Shown in pieces: positions 1-11,554 of a stretch of DNA of 64,000 nucleotides. The translations under genes and the position numbers were made by a program. Positions within the stretch are counted from its first letter, which is position 1, and each line of letters starts with the position of its first letter. The notes beneath the pieces were generated by a model. That model had not been told where the DNA came from and did not search any database. It was given only the letters and a program-made list of their open reading frames with translations. The stretch lies in contig OX597838.1 in assembly GCA_951406725.2 (NCBI GenBank), positions 15,376,001 to 15,440,000 on the forward strand, read 5' to 3'. The DNA comes from Octopus vulgaris (Eukaryota).

Positions 1-421
1 AAATAAAATTTTTAACCCAGATACAATACTTACATTTTAAACATATTAAGAGAAAAAAAAAATCTTTTTCAAGATGAAAGTATGAACAGTACTTTTACCA
101 GTGAGCTGTGTCAAGGTTTATTACAGTCTTTTTATACAAGTATTCACATTCTTTAGTAAATATTTAACACAGAAGGCAGTAGACCATGCAAATATCTAAA
201 ATAAAAAAAAGTGGAACAGACTGGATCGGATATTATATTAATATATGAACAATAAACTGCTGGATCCTTTTGATTGAAATAATGTTTTATTTTCTTCAAA
301 ACATAACAAGGGAGTATTTATAAAATGTTTCATTTATGTATTAGTTTTGCAAGATTTCTGATGTGAAGTCATGTGTTGAAACAGAAATTGTTTTATTTGG
401 GGATGGTCATGTTTTTACAAG

Positions 422-640
422 TTAACTCTTTAGTATTCATATATCTGTCAAATGTAATGTTTGTTTATTTATATTGTTTTGAATTCATTATGCACTATCT
501 TGTAGTTGAAAGACTTCGATAGGATTGTTTAGTTTTAGAATGACATAGGGATGACATGAAAGGCCGAATCTGGCCAGTTTCAACATAAACAAATTGAATA
601 TTTTGGCCAGATAAGGCCAGTTTGAATGCTAAAGGGTTAA
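422..640 (+). mobile_element. piggyBac-type MITE (local family E, ~220 bp)
   Basis: TTAA at both ends; degenerate left TIR CTCTTTAGTATT and right TIR AATGCTAAAGGG; body matches about 8 other copies in the window. Confidence 0.8.
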
Positions 641-653
641 ACACGTGCACTAT

Positions 654-728
654 ATACTTGGTCTTCATTTCAGCTTTAGTATTTTTAGTTTAAATTATAA
701 TAATAAAGCTGAAGTGAAAACCAAGTAT
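654..728. repeat. Inverted repeat, 25-bp arms
   Basis: atacttggtcttcatttcagcttta (654-678) vs taaagctgaagtgaaaaccaagtat (704-728), 23/25 complementary. Confidence 0.85.
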
Positions 729-1127
729 TGGCAAAAATCTTTTTCAAGATGAAAGTAGGAATAGGAGTTATTTATAAAATGCTATTCCATGAAAGTGGGT
801 ATTGAGCCATAAAAGATTAAGAACCATTGTTTTACACGAACTGTCTGTATATGAATAATATGACATATTATGAGGACACTTGATGAGTCAGTGGCGGAAG
901 CGAGTGATCAATGAAAGTGTGACTGGAGAGAACAGCATTAATGGATGAAGAGTGGATAACCAGTGAAATGGTTCTGTGTGGTAAGAAGAATAAGTGGTAT
1001 CAAGGAAGAGCTGTGGTTAGGGAGGTGACAGGGGTATTTTGATGAGGAAACAAATTGGATGAATGCTCCAGTTGTGTATATTTATATGTACAGTCAAAAC
1101 TAGTTTCACTGAGGCAGGCAGGTCTTG

Positions 1128-1158
<31 letters not shown>

Positions 1159-1191
1159 ATATATATATATATATATATAAAGTGTGTGTGT

Positions 1192-1490
1192 GGAGGCGCA
1201 ATGGCCCAGTGGTTAGGGCAGCGGACTTGCATTTGTAGGATCGCGGTTTCAATTCCCAGACCGGGTGTTGTGAGTGTTTATTGAGCGAAAACACCTAAAG
1301 CTCCACAAGGCTCCAGCAGGGGGTGGTGGCGATCCCTACTGTACTCTTTCGCCACAACTTTCTCTCACTCTTTCTTCTGTTGGCCTGCTCGCTTAGCCAG
1401 TGGGGTGGCATCATATGGAGGCTAAAACAATGTGAAGCGCATTGTGACCAGCGATGTGTAGCAACATCTGATAGCCTGGTCAGTCACGGT
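1192..1490 (+). mobile_element. tRNA-derived SINE (local family A)
   Basis: tRNA-like head with A box TGGCCCAGTGG and B-box-like GGTTTCAATTCCC; close second copy at 33615-33920. Confidence 0.88.
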
Positions 1491-1599
1491 GGTTATATGT
1501 ATATGTGTGTGTGTGTTTGTGTATTAGTATGTTACTGTTAGAACAAGAGAATAAAAACTATATAAAAGAACTCAACAGCAGCTTAAATAGAGTAAAGGA

Positions 1600-1754
1600 A
1601 ATTTATTGACTTCTATGTTTTTACATGTGTAGGTGTGTTTCAGTCCTTAGAGAGATTCTTAAAACACTTCTGTAAAGGTCAAACTTTTAACTAGTACTTT
1701 GAGAATCTCCCTAAAGAGTGAAACACAATGTGTCAACACAGAAGTCAATAAATT
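1600..1754. repeat. Degenerate palindromic (fold-back) element
   Basis: aatttattgacttct / agaagtcaataaatt outer arms; tgtgtttcagtccttagagagattc / gaatctccctaaagagtgaaacaca inner arms. Confidence 0.8.
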
Positions 1755-2031
1755 CATATGCATATAAGTGTATGTGAAATATCAGTTCCATAGCATAGTT
1801 TTAGTAAAACAAAGTAACTAAAGATAATATATATTTTTTATATTCTTACTGTTTTGTCATTTGGCTGTGGTCATGCTGCATTTTCTCCTGTTTTATTGGT
1901 TATATCAATCTCCATCTTATTTCAGTTTGGCACCACTTTATTGATGTCTGTCAAACTTCAAAGGAGCACAATTCATTGAAGCAAATTTCATCAGTACACA
2001 ATCAGTCTGAATGTTCTTAGTTATACTAAGG

Positions 2032-2232
2032 CAGTGCTTTTCAACCTATTTGCTGGAGTGGAACCCCAAGGAAACATTCCACTGGCTCGAGGAACCCCTG
2101 TGCAATAATTTAATTGTCTTATGCACACATATCTGCACCGGAGAATTAAAAATTACCGTCGATTTTAGCATTTTTGTAACTTCTTGCAGAACCCCTGGAC
2201 TGTACTGGCGGAACCCTGGTTGAAAACCACTG
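2032..2232 (+). mobile_element. hAT-superfamily MITE (family F, 201 bp)
   Basis: TIRs CAGTGCTTTTCAACC / GGTTGAAAACCACTG; perfect 8-bp TSD TACTAAGG (2024-2031, 2233-2240); reverse copy at 42337-42537. Confidence 0.93.
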
Positions 2233-2794
2233 TACTAAGGTGTTGTTAGTTTGTGGGATTTTGCTCCTGTTTTGGATTGGAACACTGCTAGTGGCTCAGT
2301 TTTCCTTTTCTCCGTACTGGTATTGATTTAAGTACCAGTCAACTAACTATACTTCTCTACAGTTTGTTCTTCCTTATGTTTATGTGTGAAATTGTTATAT
2401 ATGTGGCAGGCAAAGCGCTTCAAATTTACATAAAAATTTGGATCGGATTCAAGTTAAAAATAGGATAAAAAAGAAGAATAAATGGAAACTTGCATTAGGC
2501 TCTTTTCAAGCTAAGGTTCTTTTCTGTGTGATGTCACTGAAAGGACCCTGCCATATGTTTCTAATTTGTATCAGTGCTTGTATTGTGTGTGTTAAATAAC
2601 GTCATCAGCACTAGAGAGAGAGAAAGCTGCTGCATTGAGGAATAGAGAACCTTTTCCTTGCTGCTTCCTCTTGTGAATATTGAAGCACTTTAAGGGATGG
2701 TAGCATATCTTGGATACAAAGAAATTGAAATTAAAATGAATTAAATTATGTGAAGTTTACCTGTTGTCAATATGAGAAAGAAAGAGAGAAGGTG

Positions 2795-2996
2795 TTGAAC
2801 TAGCAGAATCATTAGTACAATGCTTAACAGCATTTGTCTGTCTCTATGTTTTGAGTTCAAATTCCACTAAGGTTGACTTTACCTTTCATCCCTTCAGGGT
2901 TGATAAAATAAGTACCAGTTGAGCACTGAGGTTGATTTAATTAACTTGGCCCCCTCCCTTGAAATTGCTGGCCTTGTACCAAAGTTTGAAACCAAT
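2795..2996 (+). mobile_element. Old tRNA-derived SINE (family C)
   Basis: gagttcaaattcc B-box-like motif and core ggttgactttacctttcatcccttcagggttgataaaataagtacc. Confidence 0.75.
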
Positions 2997-3424
2997 ATGA
3001 GAGAGAGAGAGAGAGAGAGTGAAGAGTGAGGTGGAATTCTGATAGGTGGATGTGTACATCAAGCAAGAAAGTGTGATTGGATATTGAGCCAATTGGGGAG
3101 TCTTTAAAAGATAAGCCATTTGCACAGCTTAAAATAGCAGTTCTCTCTAATCATACACCCTACTCTCAACATCATTGTTTTAACATCCAATTTTCTATGC
3201 CTGAATGGGTCAGATGAAGTTTTTTTAAGGAAGAAGATCTTTGTGGCTGGATGTCCTTCCTATTACTAATCCTTTACCAGTTTCCAAGCAAGATATTGGA
3301 ATTGAATGACACTGCTTGTATGTACGACAGTCGTTTCTGTCATGCAATATCAAGAAAGGAGACACAAACATACACTCAAATACACATATATACATACATG
3401 CATGCCTAAACACACACTCGCACA

Positions 3425-3562
3425 CACGGCAAGCTTCTTTCAGTTTCTGTCTCTCAGATCCAACCACAAGGCTTTGGTCAACCTGGGACTCTGGTAGAAG
3501 ACACTTGCCCATGGTGCCATGCCATGGGAATGAACTGGAAACCATGTAGTTGGGAAGCAAAC
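3425..3562 (-). mobile_element. SINE family B fragment
   Basis: reverse complement of the 5' half of the 19440-19841 element. Confidence 0.7.
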
Positions 3563-4199
3563 ATGTCATTATCCATGTATATTCTACATCTGAAAAACAG
3601 ATAGGATGGCCACTACAGGAATATCTTTGATCAGAGTTCTGCTGGATCAGTTGGAGTTAGTGTAAACAACAACAACAACAACAATTTTATTCAGACATCC
3701 TACTCTTCTAGGGTCATCTAGGAGATGGCAGGTCTATGAAGACAAGCGTTAGCAAAATAAACAAAATAAAATGAAAACAACAATATATATTCTAGTCCGC
3801 TAAAATTCCTTCCTAGTAGTGATTTGACCTTTTATTAGTTAAATTAGCAAATTTAGTGGGTTAAAAATAGAACCACCGCCTTCTTACATGCACATACTTT
3901 AGTTCTTGTATTGGTGGTGGTGGTGATGGAGGTGATTATTTGGAAGACTAAAATATTCCTTGGCTAGAGGAAGAGGTGAGGGAATGGAGAAGGAAGAGGA
4001 GGGTGATAGAAGAAAATTGTTTAATAGTAAAGTGGGGAGAGAGACTAAGAGAGTGTGTGCGTGTGCAAGAGATAAATTGACTATTTCCTGTAGATTATTA
4101 CTATATTTACTGTATCTGTAATGGGCTAAAGAGGAAATTCCCTTTAGGTTCTAAGTCTTAAAACATCACCAAAAAAGTACTTCGAATGTCTGTTTGTGT

Positions 4200-4200
<1 letters not shown>

Positions 4201-4240
<40 letters not shown>

Positions 4241-4270
4241 TGTTGTAGTTGTAGTAGTAGTAGTAGTAGT
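4201..4270. repeat. (TAG)n microsatellite
   Basis: direct reading; a few TTG interruptions. Confidence 0.95.
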
Positions 4271-4340
4271 TCCATTTTGCAACCTGTTATTGTCCTATGA
4301 CTAGAGCCATCTATTATTCTATGCCATCCTGAGACACCAC

Positions 4341-4484
4341 CGAGGTCGACTTTGCCTTTCATCCTTTCGGGGTCGATAAATTAAGTACCAGTTATGCACT
4401 GGGGTCAATATAATCAACTTAATCTCTTTGTCTGTCCTTGTTTGTCCCCTCTGTGTTTAGCCCCTTGTGGGTAGTAAAGAAATA
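4341..4484 (+). mobile_element. 5'-truncated young SINE C with 29-bp TSD
   Basis: core plus tail GCCCCTTGTGGGTAGTAAAGAAATA; tattattctatgccatcctgagacaccac repeated at 4312-4340 and 4485-4513. Confidence 0.9.
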
Positions 4485-4563
4485 TATTATTCTATGCCAT
4501 CCTGAGACACCACTTTTGAGGGTATTAGTCAACCATTATGTTTGTGTGTGTGTGTGTGTGTGT

Positions 4564-4905
4564 ATCATCATCATCATCATCATCATCATTAAACGTCTGT
4601 TTTCCATGCTGACATGGTTTGGATGGTTTGATTAGAACTGGTAATTGTTTGTTTTGGTATGGTTTCTATGGCTGGATAACCTTCCTAATGCCAACCACTC
4701 CATAGAGTGTACTGGATGCTTTTAACATGGCACTAGCAACAGTACTTTTTTATGTGGCATTGCAGTACTGGTATCGATTCTGCTGTGGCAGATAAGTCTT
4801 CTTGCGTTTAGCAAGGTACCAGATATCTTGGTCCTTAGTTATCTCCTTCATAAGGCTCACTGTCTTGTGATCGGCTGTCAATATTTCATCCCATGTCTTC
4901 CTGAG
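4564..4905 (-). mobile_element. RTE-clade LINE 3' end (family D)
   Basis: (GAT)n tail on the minus strand; minus-strand translation RKTWDEILTADHKTVSLMKEITKDQDIW resembles the RTE ORF C-terminus. Confidence 0.75.
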
Positions 4906-5091
4906 AATGAATTAAGATAAGTTGAACCTGTGATCCAAGGGTCCAGCCTTGTCAAACAGTGTCATATTCTGAGAATTACATTAAAAGTACATGTTTCTGG
5001 AATACTCAGCCACTTAATACAATAAGTGCTTAGTTTAGTTGATCTAGTGAACAACTCATTGTCAAAAATTATGGAAATTTCTCTTTCCCTA

Positions 5092-5093
<2 letters not shown>

Positions 5094-5172
<79 letters not shown>

Positions 5173-5220
5173 TGCACGCACACACACACACACACACACA
5201 AGCATGCATGCACACACACA
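5094..5220. repeat. (CA)n microsatellite
   Basis: direct reading. Confidence 0.95.
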
Positions 5221-5617
5221 AAATACTATTTAAGTTAAGTAACGTTTTTCCTTTCTTCAGGCAGTCATGTCCGGTTTATAAATTGTCTGTCTGTGTGTTT
5301 TCCTGTTGTATAAATACATTTCTTTATTTCTTGGTATTCAAAAGTCATTTCCGTAAATGGTTGAGCTATTGCCTGTCCCTGTATTCTGAGTTTGACAGTT
5401 TTGTTTTTTTTCTGTGATTTAGAGGAAGAAAAGCTGTGCCTGTAACCCTTACCAGAGTGTTTAACCATGACATTATAGGGTACATGTAAGAGACTGCATC
5501 TGGCCTATTTGAAGCTAAGCTAAAACAGAATATTTTGACAGGATATGGCCGGTTTAAATGCTAAAGGGTTAAGCATTTATTCCATCATTTTGAAACAGTT
5601 GTATTTGAAAAGTAAAC

Positions 5618-5755
5618 GTTGGTTCGGCAAAAGAGACCAATAGAATAAGTACTGGGCTTACAAAGAATAAGTCCCGGGGTCGAGTTGCTCGATTAAAGGC
5701 GGTGCTCCAGCATGGCTGCAGTCAAATGACTGAAACAAGTAAAAGAGTAAAGAGT
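5618..5755 (+). mobile_element. SINE B 3' fragment
   Basis: ggttcggcaaaagagacc...gactgaaacaagtaaaagagtaaagag matches the 3' end of 19440-19841. Confidence 0.85.
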
Positions 5756-7644
5756 TACAGAAAGATTTTTACTTTAACACCTATTTTGGTCATAAAAGAG
5801 CAACCAGCCCTTTTCGATAGGACTGTAACTAACTAACATATATCTATGTCTTAACTGGTGACCGCATTATCTGATTACACTGCAGAGTGAGCGTCTAATT
5901 AGAGAAGTGGAAGAGATAATTGTCAGTTGTGTAATCAGTACCAAAGTCACACAGCATGCCATCGATATGTAATTCAAGTTACACCAGTGACTTCTTCATA
6001 CTATTCTGTATCAAAACCACATATAATGTAATTTTAGTAGTGAATTCGTAAGATTTTTGCCATCAAAAAATAGTTTTACTTTGTCTTCCTCCCTCTTTTT
6101 TTCCCTACCCTTTCTCTCTTATTCACCCCCTCTTTCCCTCTTGCTTGCTTGCTCACTAAATTGGTAATTCTATTTCTTGACTAAAATCATTGAAACAAAC
6201 ACGAATTCTAATTATCCTAGATTTTTGAGTAATTTATTTGTGCCTAAAATATATGTTAACAAAATAATTATAGTATTATTTCCCCCCCCCCCCCCTACAA
6301 TAGGAATAATTTAGATTATAAATGACACTCTCCTTCTTCACGTGGTTGAGTGCTTCTTAAGAATCTGATTCATTCAACTGTATCCTGGAGGGGAAAAAGA
6401 AAAAAAAAGTATTTATGAATTAGTAGGAAAAAAAAAAAGAAAATTAAAAAAAAAAATGGAAAAAACTTATATTAGAAGATCTTGAAATCTTTAACTGATG
6501 GTTATTTGATCCTTTCGAACTGATTGTTTCTGGTGATTACTGAAAAAGTTAGCAGAGAAACGAAACATTCCTTAGAAACACTCCACTGTTGCTATCTATG
6601 TGAGATTTATAGATAGCTTCAATGTAGCTTGTTTGTCAGAGTTGGGTTTTTGCAAAACCTGAAATCTGCTGTACTAAAAAATGTAATCTTGGATTTTTTT
6701 TTTTTTTTGATTTTTTAAAAAATTTTTTTTTTTTTTTTCTTTTCTTTTTTAAGAAGCGAATCTAATTAGGTCACTGATGAATGACTAATGATGCTTAGAA
6801 ATGCGCATGCCAGGCCTTCTGTCCTTATGGAAGAATTACATGTAGAGTGCTCGATCTTTAAACTCAGATCACTTATTAGTTATTTATTTGAAACTTGATG
6901 AAATAAGAGCATTGAGTGAGTCTGTATGTAGGGTGGAGGGACGGCTAAAGATAGTACTTTTTCTCTTTCTTCTTGTCTTAATTCCAGTGACAAATGAATT
7001 GGTGGTGGTGGTGGTGGTGGTAATAATCATTTCATTGATTCTGCCATTTCTTTGCAATAATCATTATGGTGCTTGTTCTGGTATTGGTAGGAGGGCATTT
7101 GTGATGGTGATGGGGGTGGCAGGTGCTATGTAGTGGTGTGTTACCAATGTTGGTGATGGTGGTGGTTTTACCAATATTGATGATTTTTTTTTTTTCTTTT
7201 TTCTTGAGCAGTGGTAGTGATGATGATAGCCATATTGGTGATGTTAAAATGATGATGGTATAGTAGAAGCAGTAATTGACACTGGCTTACTGGAGGCTGG
7301 CTTACAAAGACTTTGTTTTCAAGTAGAAATTAAGTACATTTGGCCTCACATAGCCTATGGTCGTTACCTGCATACGCACATGGAGGTCTGAGTTCACTAT
7401 TGCTAGCTGATAATCAATCGTTTCCTCATTTATATAGTACACACACTCTACATCTTCATAGTACCTATCATCATCATCATCGTTTAGCGTCCGCTTTCCA
7501 TGCTAGCATGGGTTGGACGGTTCAACTGGAGTTTGGGAAGCCAAGGGCTGCACCAGGCCCGGCTGAGCCACTGACATTTTTTGGGGGCCAGGAACATAGC
7601 AATCAGTGATAAAAGGGAATGAACTGATGAATTTTTGGCTACCC

Positions 7645-7874
7645 TTAACTCTTCAGTGTTTAAATCAGCCATATCTAGCCTAAAATATTCTACCTGTTCC
7701 ATGTTTAAACATAGCCACATCAAGCCTTTCACACCTACCTGACAATGTCATTGTAAACATAATCAATCACATCACTGAAATCTCAAAGCTACAACATAAT
7801 GCATTATTAATTCAAAATTATTATTATTAATAAACATTACATTTGAGAGATTAACCTGAATGCTAAAGGGTTAA
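7645..7874 (-). mobile_element. piggyBac-type MITE E
   Basis: TTAA ends; reverse complement of the family E body. Confidence 0.8.
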
Positions 7875-8467
7875 TTGTATGTGTCTTGTGTCATGAGGAC
7901 TAGTTGACTTGCATGATTGACAGTGTGTAAAGATGTATGTTTGTATGTCAAAAAAGACAACCAGAAGCACTTAATTTGATGCAGGCAGCAGGGAGTTGTG
8001 ATAGATGCGGCTTTATTTGAAGTTGACACTGCTATTTTTATCCTGGTGTGTGTGTGTGTGAGGTGGAAGTGGGTTAAGAAAATAAATATCAGTAATTTAA
8101 TTGGGTAGTTTTAATGAGATTTTAACCTACACCGTCACTTTTTAAAACATTAAAAAAAAAAGGGCCTTGCAGGTTTGAAATAGATGTTATATTACGCAAA
8201 ATTGGTGGCCTGCTTTAGAAATTATTGATACTTAGATGTCCCTTAGAGAAAGTAGTTGGAAGTCCTCACATCTGCACAGCATTTGGTAAGAGACTAACCT
8301 ATATTAGAGTGACTCATCTGTCTGTATGTCACTCAGATTCTTTTATCTCAAAATAAACATATCATTGGGTATTTTAAGTGTGAGGTGGTGGGGAAAGAAT
8401 TTGTTGAAGAATATTTTTGATCCTATCAGAAAGGAGTGCGTGTGTGTGCGCGTGCGTGTGTGTGTAT

Positions 8468-8505
<38 letters not shown>

Positions 8506-9552
8506 ACTAGTGCATTTCTATCAAACCGTATAACTGATAAATTATTTAAAAAAAAACTCAACCTTCTTTGGCCTATTAATCTGTTAGCTGTGTACTAGTG
8601 TTTGTGAAAGTTAGATGTCAGCAATAGGCTAATACTAATTTAGTAAATAGATTACTAACTGGATACAGTATTTTTATTGTTTCTGCTTTATGTAATGCAG
8701 TTCAAAGTAGGACACGGTATTGAACCAGTCACTCTGTTTCACTCATAGCTGTTAACTTATTCTCCAGCCATCTCAGGAAAAACTGATGAAATGAAACAAA
8801 AACTTAAGGTTATAGGCTAGACCCTTCCCCAGAGAAATTATTTTTTACCTTTCCACTGAAAGGTTCTGCTTAATTCATTGGTCTGTATTTCAACTCAACA
8901 GTACACATCAAATGATAATGAAGTAGCCTCCATTTTCTTACTTGACCTGCTAGAAATAGTGGTTAAATCTCTCAATCCATGCCCCTACCATTTAAAAAAT
9001 ATATAACAAATTGGATAATGTAGTTTTAGATGCATTACTTGAAAAACAAATGGTGTTGGTTATGTTTGGATTGTCTTCGTAAAGCTGCTAGATCAGGGTT
9101 GGTCTAGTCTGAATAACAACAACAATATACGTGTTTTATTTGTTTCTAATCAGTTGTCTGTCCTGTCAATCCATTACAGTTTTATCAGTGTGGGTGACTA
9201 TTTGTAGAAATAGTGGCAGAAGAGCCTCAAAACATTGGATTTTTAGGTCTACTAACCACTTAAGTAAGATCTTTAGGACAAGCTCTCTCCCTTAACAGGG
9301 AGAGTTGTATTTAAATTATACAGCAATATCTGTTTATAGTAAGTGGATTTGGCCATTTGAAAGTTAAGCATTTTGGTCAGTGACACAGTTCAGTGCCAAT
9401 AATAGTATAGGAAATCTCAGAATCTCAGTTAGTTGTCCAGTATTTTATCAACATGGATTTTTTCTTTGTATTCTCTTTTCTATATTCTCATTAGGGCTAG
9501 CAAATTCCAAGTGTAGAATTTTGTCTTGGGCTCTTTACTTTGCATGGGTATT

Positions 9553-9978
9553 TTTTATCCTTTACTTATTTCAGTTATTAGACTATGGCCATGCTGGGGC
9601 ATTGCCTTGGAGCATTGCCTTGGAGTATTTTTAGTTGAATGATTCGACCCTAGTACTTATTTTCTCTTTAAGCTCAGTAGTTATTTTGTTGGTTTCTTTT
9701 GCTGAACTGCTAAGTTACAGGGATGTAAACAAACTAACACCAGTAGTCAAGCGTTGGTGGTGGCACAGATACACATACACATATACATGTGTGCGTGCAC
9801 TGGTGTGTGTGTGTGTGTACGCATACATGATGAGCTTCTTTCAGTTTCCATTTCCTAAATCCACTCACAAGGCTTTGGTTGGCCTGAGGCTATAGTAGAA
9901 GACACTTACCCAGGGTGTCACACAGTTCTACTGGACCCAGAATCATGTGGTTGGGAAGCAAGCTTCTCACCACACAGC
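9553..9978 (-). mobile_element. SINE B, near full length, diverged
   Basis: reverse complement of family B, including its internal (TG)/(CA) tract. Confidence 0.8.
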
Positions 9979-11169
9979 TAGAAAATAAATGAAGATGAAT
10001 GGGTAATGACAGTTCAATACATACATACATACATACATTGACATACACACACACATAGTTGAGTGAATGGTGAGATGTGGTGGTAATCATTTATTTCTCT
10101 GGTACAACCAGCTTCCTTTTAACTTAATTTACTGCTATTGCACTAGTATTAGTTTAGAATTATTAACACTTTCCAGTAAGATATCACACACTGACACACA
10201 CACTTACCTCCTCATTCATTTCAGGTAAAGATAAAATAACTAGATGAAAAATTGGTAGAATGAGTTAAATTACAAAAAAAAGGGAAATAGTGGGATTAAA
10301 AAAAAAAAGGGGAAATAAAGACATTATCAGTTGTTTAGACACAGTGCAGTCCTAGTCAAGCAGGCTTATAAAATCAGTCCAGCTGTAATCATTTTGGTAG
10401 AGGGGGGGGGATAGGATTAGTCTATCTAGGACTGCATTACTAATGCCTGTCCTGTCTTGTTAAGTGTAATTTAAGTAAGATTTCACTGCTATTTCTAGCT
10501 GGGTGAGTGACTGTGTAGAGGTTCACTTGTTGGTGCCTATTGGTATGTAGATTTGGTGTGCATAACTGGTTGGTGATATCAGCACTTGCTAACATTGACA
10601 CACACACACACACACATAGCTGAGTGAATGGAGAGATGTGGTAATCATTTATTTCTCTGGTACAACCAGCTTCCTTTTAACCTAACTCGCTGCTATCTCA
10701 CTAGTATTAGTTTAGACTAGTTTAGAATTATTAACACTTTTCTAGTAAGATATCACACACTGACACACACACACACTTGCCCCCTCTGGCTCTGTTGTTT
10801 CATCATCTTATTCCCAACAATAAGAAATCTTCATCAGTGGAGCAGAGAAAAAGCTAAATCCAGAATGGATGGTGAAATTATTCTTAAATTGATTTTATTT
10901 TCATCGCTATAAACAGTGGAAGTATCAGTTTTCTCTCTTTGTTTAGCAGTTGTCTGATTTGGTATTGGCCAGAGTCAATGACGAATCAATAGACAATAGA
11001 CTCCAGCCTTTTCTTTTCACATTGTTACTATCAGTCATGTGATGATCATTCTGGTTGTGTAGCATTCGATAGACAAAAGGAGAGGATAACTTATTTCTTG
11101 GATTCTGGATACTTGGTAGCATTGATGAGTTGCTATGGTTTTCCTTTGATGATCTCTAAGTTTTTAAAA

Positions 11170-11554
11170 ACCATTTTGTTACCATATTTCTGTTGAACTA
11201 AGTTGCTTTTGTTTCAATTAATTTTGGAAATAATTAAGAATTTGGTAAAATCATCATCATCATCATCGTTTAACGTCTGCTTTCCATGCTAGCATGGGTT
11301 GGACGGTTCAACTGGGGTCTGGGGAGCCCGAAGGCTGCACCAGGCCAGTCAGATCTGGCAGTGTTTCTACAGCTGGATGCCCTTCCTAACGCCAACCACT
11401 CCATATCTTAAACATTTCTAAGCTGGCAACTGGAACATAGATTAACAAGGAATTTTAATAGCTAAATTTTAATTTAGAGCACATCACTTTATATCAAAAG
11501 CTTGTATCATTAAAGCAGTGTAGTCATTGGTGGGCTGGTATCAGAAAGGTTAAC
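11170..11554. mobile_element. piggyBac-type MITE (family I) interrupted by an RTE 3' end (11251-11402, minus)
   Basis: ends TTTTGTTACC / GGTATCAGAAAGGTTAA; homologous in reverse to 16788-17001; (CAT)n-led family D insert. Confidence 0.7.

Noticed and set aside
1192-1265. tRNA gene
   Set aside because: It is the tRNA-like head of SINE A; no proper acceptor stem and the body is repeated at 33615
6480-6665. Minus-strand coding exon after tttcag
   Set aside because: All three frames stop within about 20 codons and no donor was found
8780-8812. CTGATGA-AAT-GAAAC hammerhead-like word
   Set aside because: No supporting stems I, II or III
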